Below are positions 1-23,450 of a stretch of 64,000 bases of DNA, in pieces (the stretch's first letter is position 1; every line of letters begins with the position of its first letter). Both the position numbers and the translations under genes were made by a program. The notes below the pieces were generated by a model, which had not been told where the DNA came from, did not search any database, and worked only from the letters and a program-made list of their open reading frames with translations. Origin of the DNA: Botryllus schlosseri (taxonomy: Eukaryota); the NCBI GenBank assembly GCA_051294905.1, contig CM119372.1:434001-498000 (forward strand). The letters run 5' to 3'.

Positions 1-547
1 GAACCACTGGCCTAGGCGATGTAAAGAGGAGGCTGTAAGTCTGAAAATTTTGAAAAAGTGTCTTATTTTCAGATTCCCAAAATATGGTAACTATTTTTGG
101 CAATACCAGTGATTGAAATGAAGCGATTTCGGACCAGTAACAAACGCTTTCTCCTATATATTCGTCTGTACAAAATCGAGTGTAGGGTAAGGTGGATTCG
201 TCATTCAATGCTTTGGAGAGGAAGACAGAGTGCTTGTCAAATGCCAATAATGGTCATAGTCGTTACAACGAAAGTCTGTGCTCTGTCAATCATTCCGATG
301 TGCTTCGTAGGCAAAGCCACTCAACTATGTCGTATTAATAATAATAATAATAACATGTAGAACTAGAGGGAATGGTAAAAGTAGTATTATAATTATAATA
401 ATTTTATTATGATTGTGATAATATAAGAATTTAATTAGTAAAATACAGACAATGTATGTTTGTCACAGTTTCAGATAAAATTCTGTTGGCATTGTCACTT
501 TGACACTTTCCTGAATCAATATGCGTTTTCAGTTCAGGGTACGTAAG

Positions 548-2471
548 ATGGAAAACAGCAGGGTTCTATTCTCAATATTGTACTGGCTGTGCGCTTTCTT
601 GTTCGTTGTGGGACCTGCGGAGATAAAAAGCGCCGGGATAACCGTGGAAAACCTTTTTTCTTCGTGGATCGGACGGGAAGATGTAGACTTTGTCAACTTT
701 CACATCAAGAGGCTTTCCTTCACTGCTGCGGTGCACAGCGCTCTTCCTATCGGTAGGTTCTCATATAATAGGCACCGGATCCCGATTTCATCACACCAGA
801 CTTGTACGTACAAACTACTGCATAGATTTTCAAAAACCTTCAACTAGAACTCGGAACTATATTAATTTTTCACAACCTGCAACTAGAACTAGACCTAGTA
901 ATTTTGCAAAACTTGCAACTAGAACTAGAACCAAGTCCTTTAAAAGTCCTCAACTTAGAACTTTCTAAAACATGTTAGCTATAATTAACTATAATAACTG
1001 ATAATGCAAATTACTGATAGAATCGGCATTCCATAAGGATTGCGCTTCTAGTTTGGAATGAGAGAGGGAGAGGTTTCGACCCCAAAACTCACCCCCTGGC
1101 TACGCCACTTTTAGTAGTGATGATTCTGAGATAGAAATATATGCAAGAACATCACACAATAGAACACCGGTATCAAAATTCGTGCCAAACGACGTCACAT
1201 GTTTTTTAGTTCTTCTACTACTAAATTATTTTTTAACTAGAACCACTCACTTTTCAAAATCCATAACTAGAACTAAAACTACAAAAATAGCATTAGTTAG
1301 ATAACCGTCAACTAACTAGATTGATAGTTTATACGTGTCTGCATCACGACTGACAAAGTTCATATTCCAATACGTGTTTTCCTTTTTGCTTCTCCAACTT
1401 TTCAAAGTGCATGTCTCTATTTACTTCACCTAGGCCGAGGTGTCTGATTTCAATGACTACTCCAAGACGTCTCCACACCTCCCTGTCCTGTCATTGCATC
1501 ACAGTCTTGCTGCGATTTGAAAATGATATCATTATTAACGACAAACTCACATTTTTCCAGGGTATTTCCTCGGAATGACATGCGTTTCTGATTCTGCCGC
1601 TAACATCTCGAGTCTGTTCAACGGGAGTTTAGAGTTTGGTTGGCAACTTTACGTTTGCACATCCATACTTTTGCACATTGCAGTTTTGACTATCATCTTT
1701 TACTGGAGCATGGACGACTGGTCTAACCATCCAATAGTTAAAGATATCAGCTTATATGTCAACCATAGAGGCTCTGAGGTTGCTCGATCTTCATGGAGAG
1801 TCCGTGGTAATGAAATCAGTAATGAATTCAGACGTATTGATAAGTACGCAACATCTTACACTGGGTGGAGCAGATTGATTGTGACGGAAAACTGGATTAT
1901 GATGACTGCGCTCTACAAAGTACGATTAGTACCGCAAGATAAAGTGACTCTCGCAGTAATGCAGTCAGAAGAGCATGATATCTCCCCGGAATCGAACTCC
2001 ATGGTGCAGTTTTTAAGTTTGAGGATTAAACCAACCGTGTCGCCTCATTTAAAGCCGTTTTATGTCCGGATTTTGTCGACCGAATTTAAAGAACTGAAAG
2101 AAGCCGTGATGAGATCAATTTTGACTTTACCGAACATTAGTATTTTGCAGACAGTTGACGAAATGTTTTTAAAAGCATTCCGCGAACACATTCATAGTAA
2201 CCGCTCTTTCTCCTCTCTCACACCAGTAGAACAATGCATAGGCTGCATGCAGAATACAGCCCAAATCAAACTAGTTAAAAACTGTGACAGCTCCAGTCCG
2301 TGCCAGACTTGTGCGTGTAGGCCCTTGTGGTGTATCGATTGTATGGGCAGGTGGTATGCGAGTCGGCAAGATCGGACTAGACCGGAGACTTGGTTATCGG
2401 GAAACGCACCTTGCCCTATGTGCCGTGCTAAGTTTTGTATGTTGGATATATCGGTGCTAGCCAGTAATTGA
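548..2471 (+). CDS. TMEM129: E3 ubiquitin-protein ligase TM129, 2 coding exons (548-752, 1561-2471), 371 aa
   Basis: Exon 1 reads MENSRVLFSILYWLCAFLFVVGPAEIKSAGITVENLFSSWIGREDVDFVNFHIKRLSFTAAVHSALPI. A phase-1 GT-AG intron (753-1560) joins it in frame to GYFLGMT. The C-terminus has the TMEM129 atypical RING: CIGC...C..C.CRPLWC..CMGRWYASRQD...WL....CPMCRAKFCMLD. Confidence 0.93.
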
Positions 2472-4020
2472 TGTGTTTCTCACTTTTAAAGGTTATCGTT
2501 ACATTTGAATTGTACATGGTGGACTGAATTTGTGTCTCCCATAATACAAGACTGTAAGATTTGTACAAACTACTGGATTATTTTTGAAACGCACAACTAG
2601 GACTAGAACTGCTCGCTTTTCAAGACTCAGAACTAGCGACCTTTAAAAATCTGCAACCAGCCAACCAATGACTGATAAAATACGAATTACTGAATTGCAA
2701 ACGAGCTTAAAAATTTTTGAGATAGAATCTGCATTTGAAAAGGACTGGGTTTCGACCTCCAAAATCTAACCCTGACCACGCCACAGTTAGTAGGGATAAC
2801 TTTGACCTATCAATGGCTGAAGAACATCACGCAACAGTACACCGGTATCATGGGGTAACCATATGTCCTCCTTTAGGAGGATTTGCCAACCTTTTTCGGG
2901 TTTATAAATTGTCCTCCGAGGATGCCTAAATGTCCTCCTTTACACGTTTTAGAGCTAATATAGTGGACAGATTGTAGTGAGAAAGGGCATAAATAGGAAA
3001 TTCGTGGTTCGAACGAAAGCGACTACCTTTTTTTTAGTCTTCCGACCGCGAAGTGAGAAAAATTTACCATTTTTTAAAGACTCTTCTCTGGTATTCTAAG
3101 TTTGAAAATTTTGAAAAAGTGTCATCCTTTCCCGATTTCAAAATATGGTTACCCTAGCTATCACGACTCACGTCAAATGACGACACATGTTTTCTACTTG
3201 TAATGCAACTATTTTTTTTGAACTAGAAATACTTAATTTTCAAAATCTGGAACTTGAACTAGAACTACTCAGAAGAACAGTAGTTAATTAGCTGTCAACT
3301 AAATTGGTAGTCTGATGTGTGTATAGCAGAGGTGGTCTGGTCAGTAACGAACTACTTCTACTTTTTCCAAGTACTCAAGTAGGTTTTGCCTACTAGCGCT
3401 ACTTACTCAAGCTACTTTCATTTCAACTTTTCCGGTTTTCAGGCAAAACTACTCCAACTCAACACATTGGATTTGAACAGTAGAAAGTAGTTTTGGGTAG
3501 TTTGCTTATAAGTGAAATTATCATAACTGGGCAAATAATCCTCCGTGTCATTGTAATGTAATCCAATATTTTTTCAGAAAATTGCAACAATATCTAATGT
3601 ATTTAGTCATTTTGCATTATGGAAGATGCACCCGCCATTTTAAAAGTGGCCACCTCAGATTAACTGCTAAAAGTGTGTGACTTTTCGACCGAATCTGCTT
3701 TTTGAAACTACTTTTCATAATTTCATTTTTACTTGCAGTAGTTTAGACTTGTCTTGAGATTGCGCATTCTACTTGTAATGGAGTAGAAATTTACAATGTT
3801 ACTTCTACTTGAGCAGCAACACTGTCTACTTTGACCACCTCTGCTGGCCAGTATATTTTCCAGCACCATATTTTGTTGGTGAAGCAGCAGAAAGATTTCT
3901 GTGCAATCTTACTTGATGTTCACAAAAAGTTTTCTTTTTCCTGTCGATGAATGCAATGCTGAATTTGATATTCCTTTTTCATCGCTTTGGACGAGAATAC
4001 TGCCATTTTCTTTCTCAGAT

Positions 4021-4819
4021 ATGACTTCAACTATCGTGCAATATGTAGTCGTTCGGGGTGACTTGATCAGTACCTTAAAATGGCCCCTAGGTGCCGTTAT
4101 TGCTCAGGCTTGTCATGCCAGCACGGCCGTGATGCACCTTTTCCGTGAGGATCCGTGTGTCCAGAAGTACACCGACGATTTGGATCGGATGCACAAGATT
4201 GTGCTTGAGGTGAGAGGGATCAATTCAGACTTGTGCATGTGCAAACTGCTGGATTTTTAAAATTCCCAATTAGGACTAGAACTTCTCTCTTTTCAAAACT
4301 CGAGACTACAACTACTCACTTTTCAAAACCCGCAACTAGAACTTCTTACTTTTCAAAGCTAGCTACTAAAGCCATTGAATTTTCAAAATGCACAACTAGA
4401 ACTACTAGTCACTTTTCAAAACTCGAGACTACAACTAGAACTACTCATTTTTCAAAATTTGCACATAGAACTACTCGCTTTTTAAAACTTACAACTAGAA
4501 CTTCAACTACTTGCATTTCAAAATTCGCAACTAAAACTAGAATTTGTCGTCAGCGATTAGTTGACTGTCAACTATCTAAATTGGTAGTTTGTACAAGTCT
4601 GCATAAAGCGGAGGAAGGCTGTTGGAACAAGAATTTTCTTGATTGCAGGCAAAGAACGAGCAAGTCCTACAAAGTCTAGCCGACGAACTCGAACAAAATC
4701 AGATCGATTACAAACTTTGGATTGAACAGCCGGAAAACTTCCCAACTTGTTTGGCGACGAAGCCTTGTCAGAAGGAAGATATTCAGAAGTTCTTCAAACA
4801 TTTGAAATTGTTGAAGTGA
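4021..4819 (+). CDS. PTRHD1: Putative peptidyl-tRNA hydrolase PTRHD1 (PTH2 family), 2 exons (4021-4209, 4649-4819), 119 aa
   Basis: Motifs VQYVVVRGDL..LKWPLGAVIAQACHA and DLDRMHKIVLE, then after a phase-0 intron YKLWIEQPENFPTCLATKP...FKHLKLLK*. Confidence 0.93.
4226..4601. mobile_element. MITE with cagacttgt(a/g)ca...tgtacaagtctg ends and internal actagaact/ttttcaaaa repeats; abundant family
   Basis: Terminal inverted repeats are visible. Related copies lie near 797-1341, 2560-3320, 11598-11875, 18680-18910 and 28244-29608. Confidence 0.7.
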
Positions 4820-5029
4820 TGTCCCAAAGCAGAGCCTGACTGATTATTATCGGTTAGCCGATCGTATAGAGTCTGCATCAGACTCTGAAAGAAATATTGA
4901 TACCGGCCATTAGAGGCAAAGAAGATATCGACCATTTTCGTGATGTCACAACATGGTAGTAGAGAGTCTGAAAAGTTGAATCTGCGAATGCTAGACTGGA
5001 AATATTGATCTATTTCTTAGACCTTACGG

Positions 5030-5993
5030 CAGTGTTGGGATGACTCGAGTCATGACTTGACTCGAGTCAGACTCGAGTCACCTTTTTCACATGACTTGAC
5101 TTGACTCGAGTCACTTTGCTAAAATGACTTGACTTGACTCGGCGTATCAGAAATGTGGATTGACTCGTGACTCGGAGCAAAATTCACGAGTCAATTTCAA
5201 GTCATCAAGTAATCGGTGTCGATTAAAATCCCTGTATCTTGCATTTGTTCGGATTGTTCGCGAAACGCTGGTGTAACCTGTGAGAGAGACAAATTATTCA
5301 ATGATCGTGCGTTTCACTGAGCCTCGATTGTTCTCTCACAAATAAATTGACCGCAAACGAAGTGATCGAAGCTTACAGCTTACGACCTTACGTTGTCGTA
5401 ACTCTTGTAGTAAAGTGATAAAATAGCAAAATGTATACTTCCGTTCTCTGTTCTTACCTTAACCAATAACCCTATTGTTTTATTGATATTGAATTCGAAT
5501 ATAGTTTATATAGTCCTTGGGGCCCGTGGCCATTGGCGTAAGCTAGAATTGTATGATATCTATTTGTTTATAAATGGGTAATGTATTGCATCTTATCAAT
5601 TCGTATCTCTACTCTCTATTTTGGCTGGTAATTATAAACTGTGACTATGCAATTACGTAGTTTAACAGTTTTACGTATATGTGAGTGATACAGCACCTTC
5701 TTGCATGTATATTTAACTCTATATTCGTTCACCGGTTCGGAGTCAATGACTGTATTCCAGACAGCTAGCAAATTGCAATGACGTAATCATGCCTCATACA
5801 TACTTCGAAAAGGCAACTTGACTTGAAATGTGACTTGACTCGTGACTTGACTTGACTCGAGTCACCTCCAAAAGTCGAGTGACTTGACTTGACTCGAGTC
5901 ACCTTTGAAAATCGATTGACTTGACTCGAGTCAAAATGTGCAATGACTCGAAATGACTCGTGACTCGAAGGTAGTGACTTGATCCCAACACTG
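5030..5993. mobile_element. Non-autonomous hAT-type element with gactcgagtc/gacttgac subterminal repeats
   Basis: TIR cagtgttggga...tcccaacactg with an exact 8-bp TSD ccttacgg (5022-5029, 5994-6001). An inverted sister copy lies at 24449-25381. Confidence 0.85.
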
Positions 5994-6090
5994 CCTTACG
6001 GGTGTTTAGGAGCAGCCTCTCTTGCTTAGCTTAGCAATGACTGCAAAGCTGTTCAATTACATACTCTGAAACTTTTGAAATGCTGGTTAA

Positions 6091-6579
6091 AGGGGCACTG
6101 CGCTCTAAAAATGATGTGGTCTCAAATTGAAGGGCAAAACGAAAGAAAAATTTTGGCCGCAGCCGTTCTCTTCAGAACGCCACCGTAATGGAGCTGTAAT
6201 GTATTGAAATTTCCAGAGTTGCAGCACGCTCCAGCAGTCACGCAGAGATCGAACTTTATATGGTTGTCAGCCGATGTTATGAAGGAAATATGTCGTACAC
6301 GCCAAGGTGGTTTATATACCGCGTTCAACGGAAGATGTCCAGTCAGGAGATTTATGTCAAAATCGGGCCTAGTGTATTATATTTCCTTCATAACATCGGC
6401 TGACAACTATATAAAGTTCGATCTCTGCGCGACTGCTGGAGCGTGCTGCAACTCTGGAAATTTCAATACATTACAGCTCCATTACGGTGGCGTTCTGAAG
6501 AAAACGGCTGCGGCCAAAATTTTTCTTTCGTTTTGCCCTTAAATTTGAGACCACATCATTTTTAGAGCGCAGTGCCCCT
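6091..6579. mobile_element. Palindromic MITE with TTAA target duplication (Kolobok/T2-type)
   Basis: Inverted arms of ~200 bp (about 6091-6290 and 6379-6579), termini AGGGGCAC...GTGCCCCT, TTAA on both sides. Confidence 0.8.
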
Positions 6580-7384
6580 TTAAGAACTTAAGGTAGATCC
6601 CTTATCTATTGAATATCGACAGAATATGTAAGGAGTTATCAGTGACAGTGCTAGTTCAGCGGTTCTCAAACTTTTTTAGACACGCCCCCGTTTATAATAG
6701 TAAAAAATCTCCAGAATGATGGCAATCCCAACAAATAGCATGATGGCGTGCAAGGTTATGACTGACTGTTGATGAGAGAGTTCTCAAATATGAAATTCGG
6801 ACTAAACACAGAGGAATAGCTATGAATTGGAGATAAATGCGCGGAGCCCGAAATGTTTTTTCATGTGATAGCAGCTTCGCGCCCTCCCATTTGAGAACCA
6901 TGGTGCTAGTTATAGGACCGGGGTTGTAATGACTCGAGCATGAAAATTGATTAGACTCAGTTTGTGTATTGAATCGAATTGTACTCAGTCATGCGTGATG
7001 ATTCAAATCTTGTGTATAAGGACCAAAACTTGAAAATAGGCCCAGAAACAGTTTGTTTGAATAAACATGTTCAGAGTGAGAAAAATGAGTATATATGATG
7101 AAGGCGAGCCCACGAGTTTCAGAAAATCGTAGTCAAACCTGATTTGACAATGAACACTGAACAGCGAACACTATGACATTTGCTCCCTGACGGTGAGGTG
7201 AAAATGATTCTACTTAATCAAGTCAAAACTATTGAGTGAAGATTGACTTAGTTAAAACCCTTATATAGGCTTAAAGGCTTAAAAATCCAATATCAGCCTG
7301 GCTCTAGACTTGAACGTATAAACAGAACACAGTAATCGTCTTTCACAATCAAATATTCATTTAGTCGAGTTACAGTGAACAAAA

Positions 7385-7630
7385 ACGTATGAAATGTTGC
7401 AAAACTGTCCTTTGTCGGCGAAAGCCAAATATACGTAGATATTTTCTGACCTTGAGAATACTCATCAGGACTCTCTGAATTGAAGTAGGTACAAATATAT
7501 GTGAGATGTCTTATTGAACGGGGTTGCCACAAAATCCAGAGCAAGCTTGCCGATTTCAGGCATGCGTGGCAAAGGCTGTAGTGTCCACCCACCGAGTGTT
7601 TTGAAACATCGCTGAACAATACAGCATTCT
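7385..7630 (-). pseudogene. Possible degenerate THAP zinc-finger fragment
   Basis: CCIVQRCFKT..TLQPLPR..LDFV, then after a frameshift YICTYF...KDSFATFH; loosely matches THAP spacing (C-x4-C, LHxFP, CSxHF, AVPT). Confidence 0.3.
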
Positions 7631-8789
7631 ATAGCGGCTGGGGCTGGCCACAACAATTCGAGTACTTAAATCTAAATAGAGTATTAATTCTGACGAGTCA
7701 AGTAGCGATAGAGGATTTTTCAGAGTATTGAAATTACATGCTCCTTGCCAGAGATGCCATTTCTGGGAAGTCGTGATCAAACCACAACATTGTCACAAAG
7801 TGCAATGAAAATACGAAATTATCTTCAATGTGATGTGGGACTGGCTAGGGTTACCATACGTACTCTTTTTTAGGGTTTTTGAAAATGTCCTCCGAGGACG
7901 CCTAAATATCCTCCTTTTTGGCAATTCGTCCTCCTTTACACGTTTTACAGCTAATATAGTGGACAGATTGTAGTGAGAATGGGCATAAACAGGTAATTCG
8001 TGGTTCGGACGACCTTATTTTTAGACATGGTGTTGAAGAAAAACTGTATTTCTGTATTTGAGCCGGAAAGTTGACCTTCTTTTTTTTTAGTCAACAGACC
8101 GCGAAATGTGTAAAATTTATCATTTTTTCAACATTTTTCTCCGGTATTCCGAGTATGAAAATTTTGAAAAAGAGTCCTCCTTTCCCGATTCCAAAATATG
8201 GTAACCCTAGGACTGGCATTATATTAGACTTGTTGGACAACGAGAAAATTTTTAGCCTAAATTAGAGTAGAATTACTGAATTCGCAAAAACTTGGACATC
8301 CAGTTCCGTTAATATCAAATCATAGTACATCCTTATGAGCATCAGAATAGAAAACTCGGCTACAGTTCTGCAGCATTTACAGGAAGATCAGAAATTAGAT
8401 CGGAATTAGAGCATACAAACATTCCACAGTTTAAATTAGAATTAGAGCAATGAAATATTTCACAAATAATGATTACCAGCATTTCGAACTAATGAGCGTA
8501 ATTATATAACTAGAATTAGCTATTTGTCCAAGTCTGCCTTATATTCTTTGTAATCGCATAGGAGGTGCATGTTCAAACTTTCCACATCGCACTGTTACAA
8601 CGTGATATTGAGTGCTGCTCGGAGCATTATACTCGTAATCAAATCACTCAGGCACTCAATTCTGCCAAGCCCTAGAATGTTGAACTTGCGAATATCTATC
8701 AGATTCACGAAGCTAGTCGCTTGCGGGCGTGCCACACTCCGCCGATTCGATTGGTCGTTTCCGAAACGAGACCATCTCCCGACTCGAGA

Positions 8790-20077
<11,288 letters not shown>

Positions 20078-21023
20078 TGTGTCTCACCCCAATTATCTTA
20101 TTAACATAGAAAGCATCAAATGTAGGGTACTCCCAGATAAAGCTTTTTGTGTGTGTCGGCTACTCCCAGATTATTGATCTTTGTCAGAATTCAGGACAGC
20201 ATGGAGGGATGAAATCCCAGAATACTTCACTTTTTGGTTCAAGGAGACAACTAAAATTTGTCATACATCCAACATTGTGTAGGGTGGCGACTATCAGATC
20301 TGTATGAGAAGAATATATGATGAAATACATAAACAATCAAAAGTGATGAATATAGTCATATGAGCAATATGGCTATTAGCCAGCATTTAGGGCTGTTCAA
20401 AATTGTTATTTTTTTAAATTTTATAGGCAACTTGATAAAATTGTTACAATGCCTTATATAAAGGTAGGCTACACATGAAATTTGGCTCAATTCCAACACG
20501 CAGAAGCGAAGTTATAGTAGAAAACTATGGATTTGAAATATTTGTATTTACGGTCAGGTGATTCTATTGTTATTTATCACGGAATTAGCGGCCGTAAATA
20601 CTATTTCTTCAAACCAGAATCCAAAATTTTCCGCCCCGTTAACTTGAGCCAAATTCATTACCGTATGCATCGTTTTGAGATGACCTAACAATTTCATGGG
20701 ATAAGGAAAAGGAATTCAAATTTTCTGCTAATCAATCAATCAACAATGCTTAGAAGTTATAACTACAGGTTGGAATCGAGTAGCGTATGGTATAATTTGG
20801 TGCGCAGCATTTTTTTAGGCAACCCAACAATTTTATCAAGCAGCCAGTAAAATTTGAAAAAATTGTTTTTGAACAGCCCTAATATAGAGCTTGGTCTGAT
20901 TGCTATATAGCGGACCCAGGTTTCGGCACATAATTCAGATTTGCATTACTGAGAACAAATCGCAATAATCGACAGATTCTTCGAGATGATTTGTAATTTT
21001 CTAGGCCTCAAAATTTAATCAAA

Positions 21024-21596
21024 TCAACTTAAAGCGTCCAATTGTTCCTGAATGGTTTCCAGTTTGTTATAGAAGTCAAGAAGTTCATCGTGATTCATTT
21101 CTATGACGCAGTCATTATCCCCGTTTCCAGATCCGAGCTGGAAAACCACATTTGGTTCTCCAATTCTTGATTTCGATCCTTGCGCGACTTGGAGCTTCAA
21201 ATGCCAGTCTATCGTGTTCAAACGATTGGAAGACAGAGTATTCTGTTTTAATGTGTTTGTAATTTCCCGTCCATATTTCTGCCACGCTTTAGACATAATA
21301 TCTGCAGTCTGCTCAGACAGATTATTTCCAAACTTTTGCGCCAGACTTTGGGGCTTTACGCCGTGATAAGCAACGTACATAAAGCATCGATGTATGGTTA
21401 ATAACATCAAATCAATGTCTTTCTCATCCAGACTCAAGACCTCTTTAAGTTTCGCCCGTTCGTCCGCGTTGAAGGCATCAGATATCTCCGCATTATTTTC
21501 GATAGTCTGTGCGACCCTGCTGATTATTTTCGGCAGCTTACTTTGGTCGACAGCTCTAAGCAATGAAAATCCGTTTTCTAATCCGGACAAATCCAT
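21024..21596 (-). CDS. COMMD10: COMM domain-containing protein 10, single coding exon, 190 aa
   Basis: C-terminal COMM domain L..IDWHLKLQVAQGSKSRIGEPNVVFQL...IEMNHDELLDFYNKLETIQEQLDALS; the N-terminal AF..DE..KL...LSL segment fits COMMD10. Confidence 0.88.
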   Translation of the reverse strand: MDLSGLENGFSLLRAVDQSKLPKIISRVAQTIENNAEISDAFNADERAKLKEVLSLDEKDIDLMLLTIHRCFMYVAYHGVKPQSLAQKFGNNLSEQTADIMSKAWQKYGREITNTLKQNTLSSNRLNTIDWHLKLQVAQGSKSRIGEPNVVFQLGSGNGDNDCVIEMNHDELLDFYNKLETIQEQLDALS

Positions 21597-23450
21597 TGCT
21601 GACGAATAGATTTATTTCCTCCACAGACAGAAACATATCCACTACACCGGAGTGATACGGTTTTCCGGGTTTCAGGATTCCGGTTATTGTGATTAGCCTC
21701 TGCCGGGATGTCCGACTAGTCTAACGAAATGATAAAATTACCGTACTTACAATTTTACGAAAACATTGACTAAATATTAGCGCCAAAACTGATACCGAAA
21801 TCGTATATTTTGGTGTCGTCAGCTGATCGAGCTGGTTAGCCCAACCCACGTGACTGGACTTCCCGATCTGGGCTTTTTGGTCTATTTATAGATGACCTGT
21901 CATAAAGATACGACTGGAAATGTTACTTACGATGTTTTCAGATAGTGGCTATTGCTTATTGGAACGGGTAAGTTAAATGTTGAACGCTTGAACGCGTCAT
22001 AAGCAAACGTTATCATTCGTTCCAATCGATTTGCACAGAAAGTGTCCTGTAAAATGAAAGTTTTTATATTCGGAATGCCTTCAGGTTGATCTTCGTCAGT
22101 CAAGCTTGAGTGATACCAGATTGACCAATCCGCTGGTGGAGTACGCTGAGCATCAATGAAGGACACTGGAAATTATAATCTGCAATCGTAATGGGAGTGC
22201 CACATTGCCATGGTCTTCTAGTAGGTCATGATATAGTCTAGGTGTATTTAATTGTGTTGTTTAAATCGTTTGAGTTACAGAAATAAAGTTATTTTGAGAG
22301 ACAGATTTGTCCCGTTCTATTTGAATGATCGAGCCAAACCATTAACTCTAACCTAATCTAACGCCGCAATTACTAGAGCCACAATCTAGCACCACAATTA
22401 CTATTTCGTTTCCATTAAAATTAAAAAAACAAACATGATTGGCCTCCTAGCAGAGTTGCGACCTCGTGAAAACTTTCCCACTCAGATGATGGCAGTAAAG
22501 TGTCGATATCGCGGACAAAATATTAATCGTTCCCATACAGATCATGGCTTTCCGGCGTAACCCCGTGAAGTTCTATATAGGATCAAAGTTCTGCATCTGT
22601 TTTTTCTCACACCTTATGAAGAGCTATTTGCGATCCCAGAACGTGGGACCTGGCAGCTGATATAAACATGGAGTGTAAATTTGTTCCGCTCTCTTTGCGA
22701 CCTACGAATAGAAAACAGTGCTAGTTTAAACCTTCACCCACATGGGCGTTGTGCCAGCAATCGCTCGTAATTAAGGACCGCTGCTTATGATATTTAGGAT
22801 GAGGACTAGTATATACGCTGTTCAGGTCATCATCATTTTATAATTTTTTTATCAAATCAATACACCACGAGATTGCGATATAATGAAAAGATAGGAGAAT
22901 GCCGAAACGACTTGGAGTAGTATTTTAATCAGACACACCCACCTTGGCCTACAGCATATAAATAAGAGGTATGGTGCACACACGATTTAAGAAATAATAA
23001 CATAAAAGGAAGTGACGAAAATGAATGCTGCGTGTGTCGGTTATAGGCGAGGTCGATATGTCAGATTGTGATCTGGTAATTTTGAGGGCACTTTAGTATT
23101 GACTCAGTTGAAACTGCTTGTATTTCGATTCGAATGTGGACATGATCGACGACAGCCGGATAGCCGACGAGATGCTGTTCCACACAGATCCGGCGAACTT
23201 GATAGAGCGATGCGTTTTTTATCCGTCTTGATCATGTAGCAGTTACATATTGTTCTTCGAGGAAGCACGTTTATTGTACTAATACTTGTGCCAGCCTGCA
23301 CATCACTTCTGAAATCCTATCTAAATAGTATAATTCTTTCAATTCTGCGTGACTTATATATTGTTTCTGTCGAATATTTTAAAAAGTTAGAACATTTCCA
23401 CTCGTGAATGTGATTTTGCAGCAATTCTTATACTCTGGCATAGCATCAAA

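Noticed and set aside
690..968. Thr/Arg-rich ORF (also 4233-4679)
   Set aside because: Translation of the actagaact repeats of intronic MITEs; it lies inside verified introns.
3901..4020. N-terminal extension of PTRHD1 in the ORF track
   Set aside because: Starts at GTG and runs through a polypyrimidine tract and acceptor; family similarity begins at the ATG at 4021.
5030..5993. gactcgagtc arrays as a CRISPR-like locus
   Set aside because: No constant repeat with unique spacers and no cas genes; bounded by TIRs and an 8-bp TSD in a eukaryotic context.
6122..6542. Paired ORFs with matching C-termini on opposite strands
   Set aside because: Artefact of the palindromic MITE; no protein motifs.
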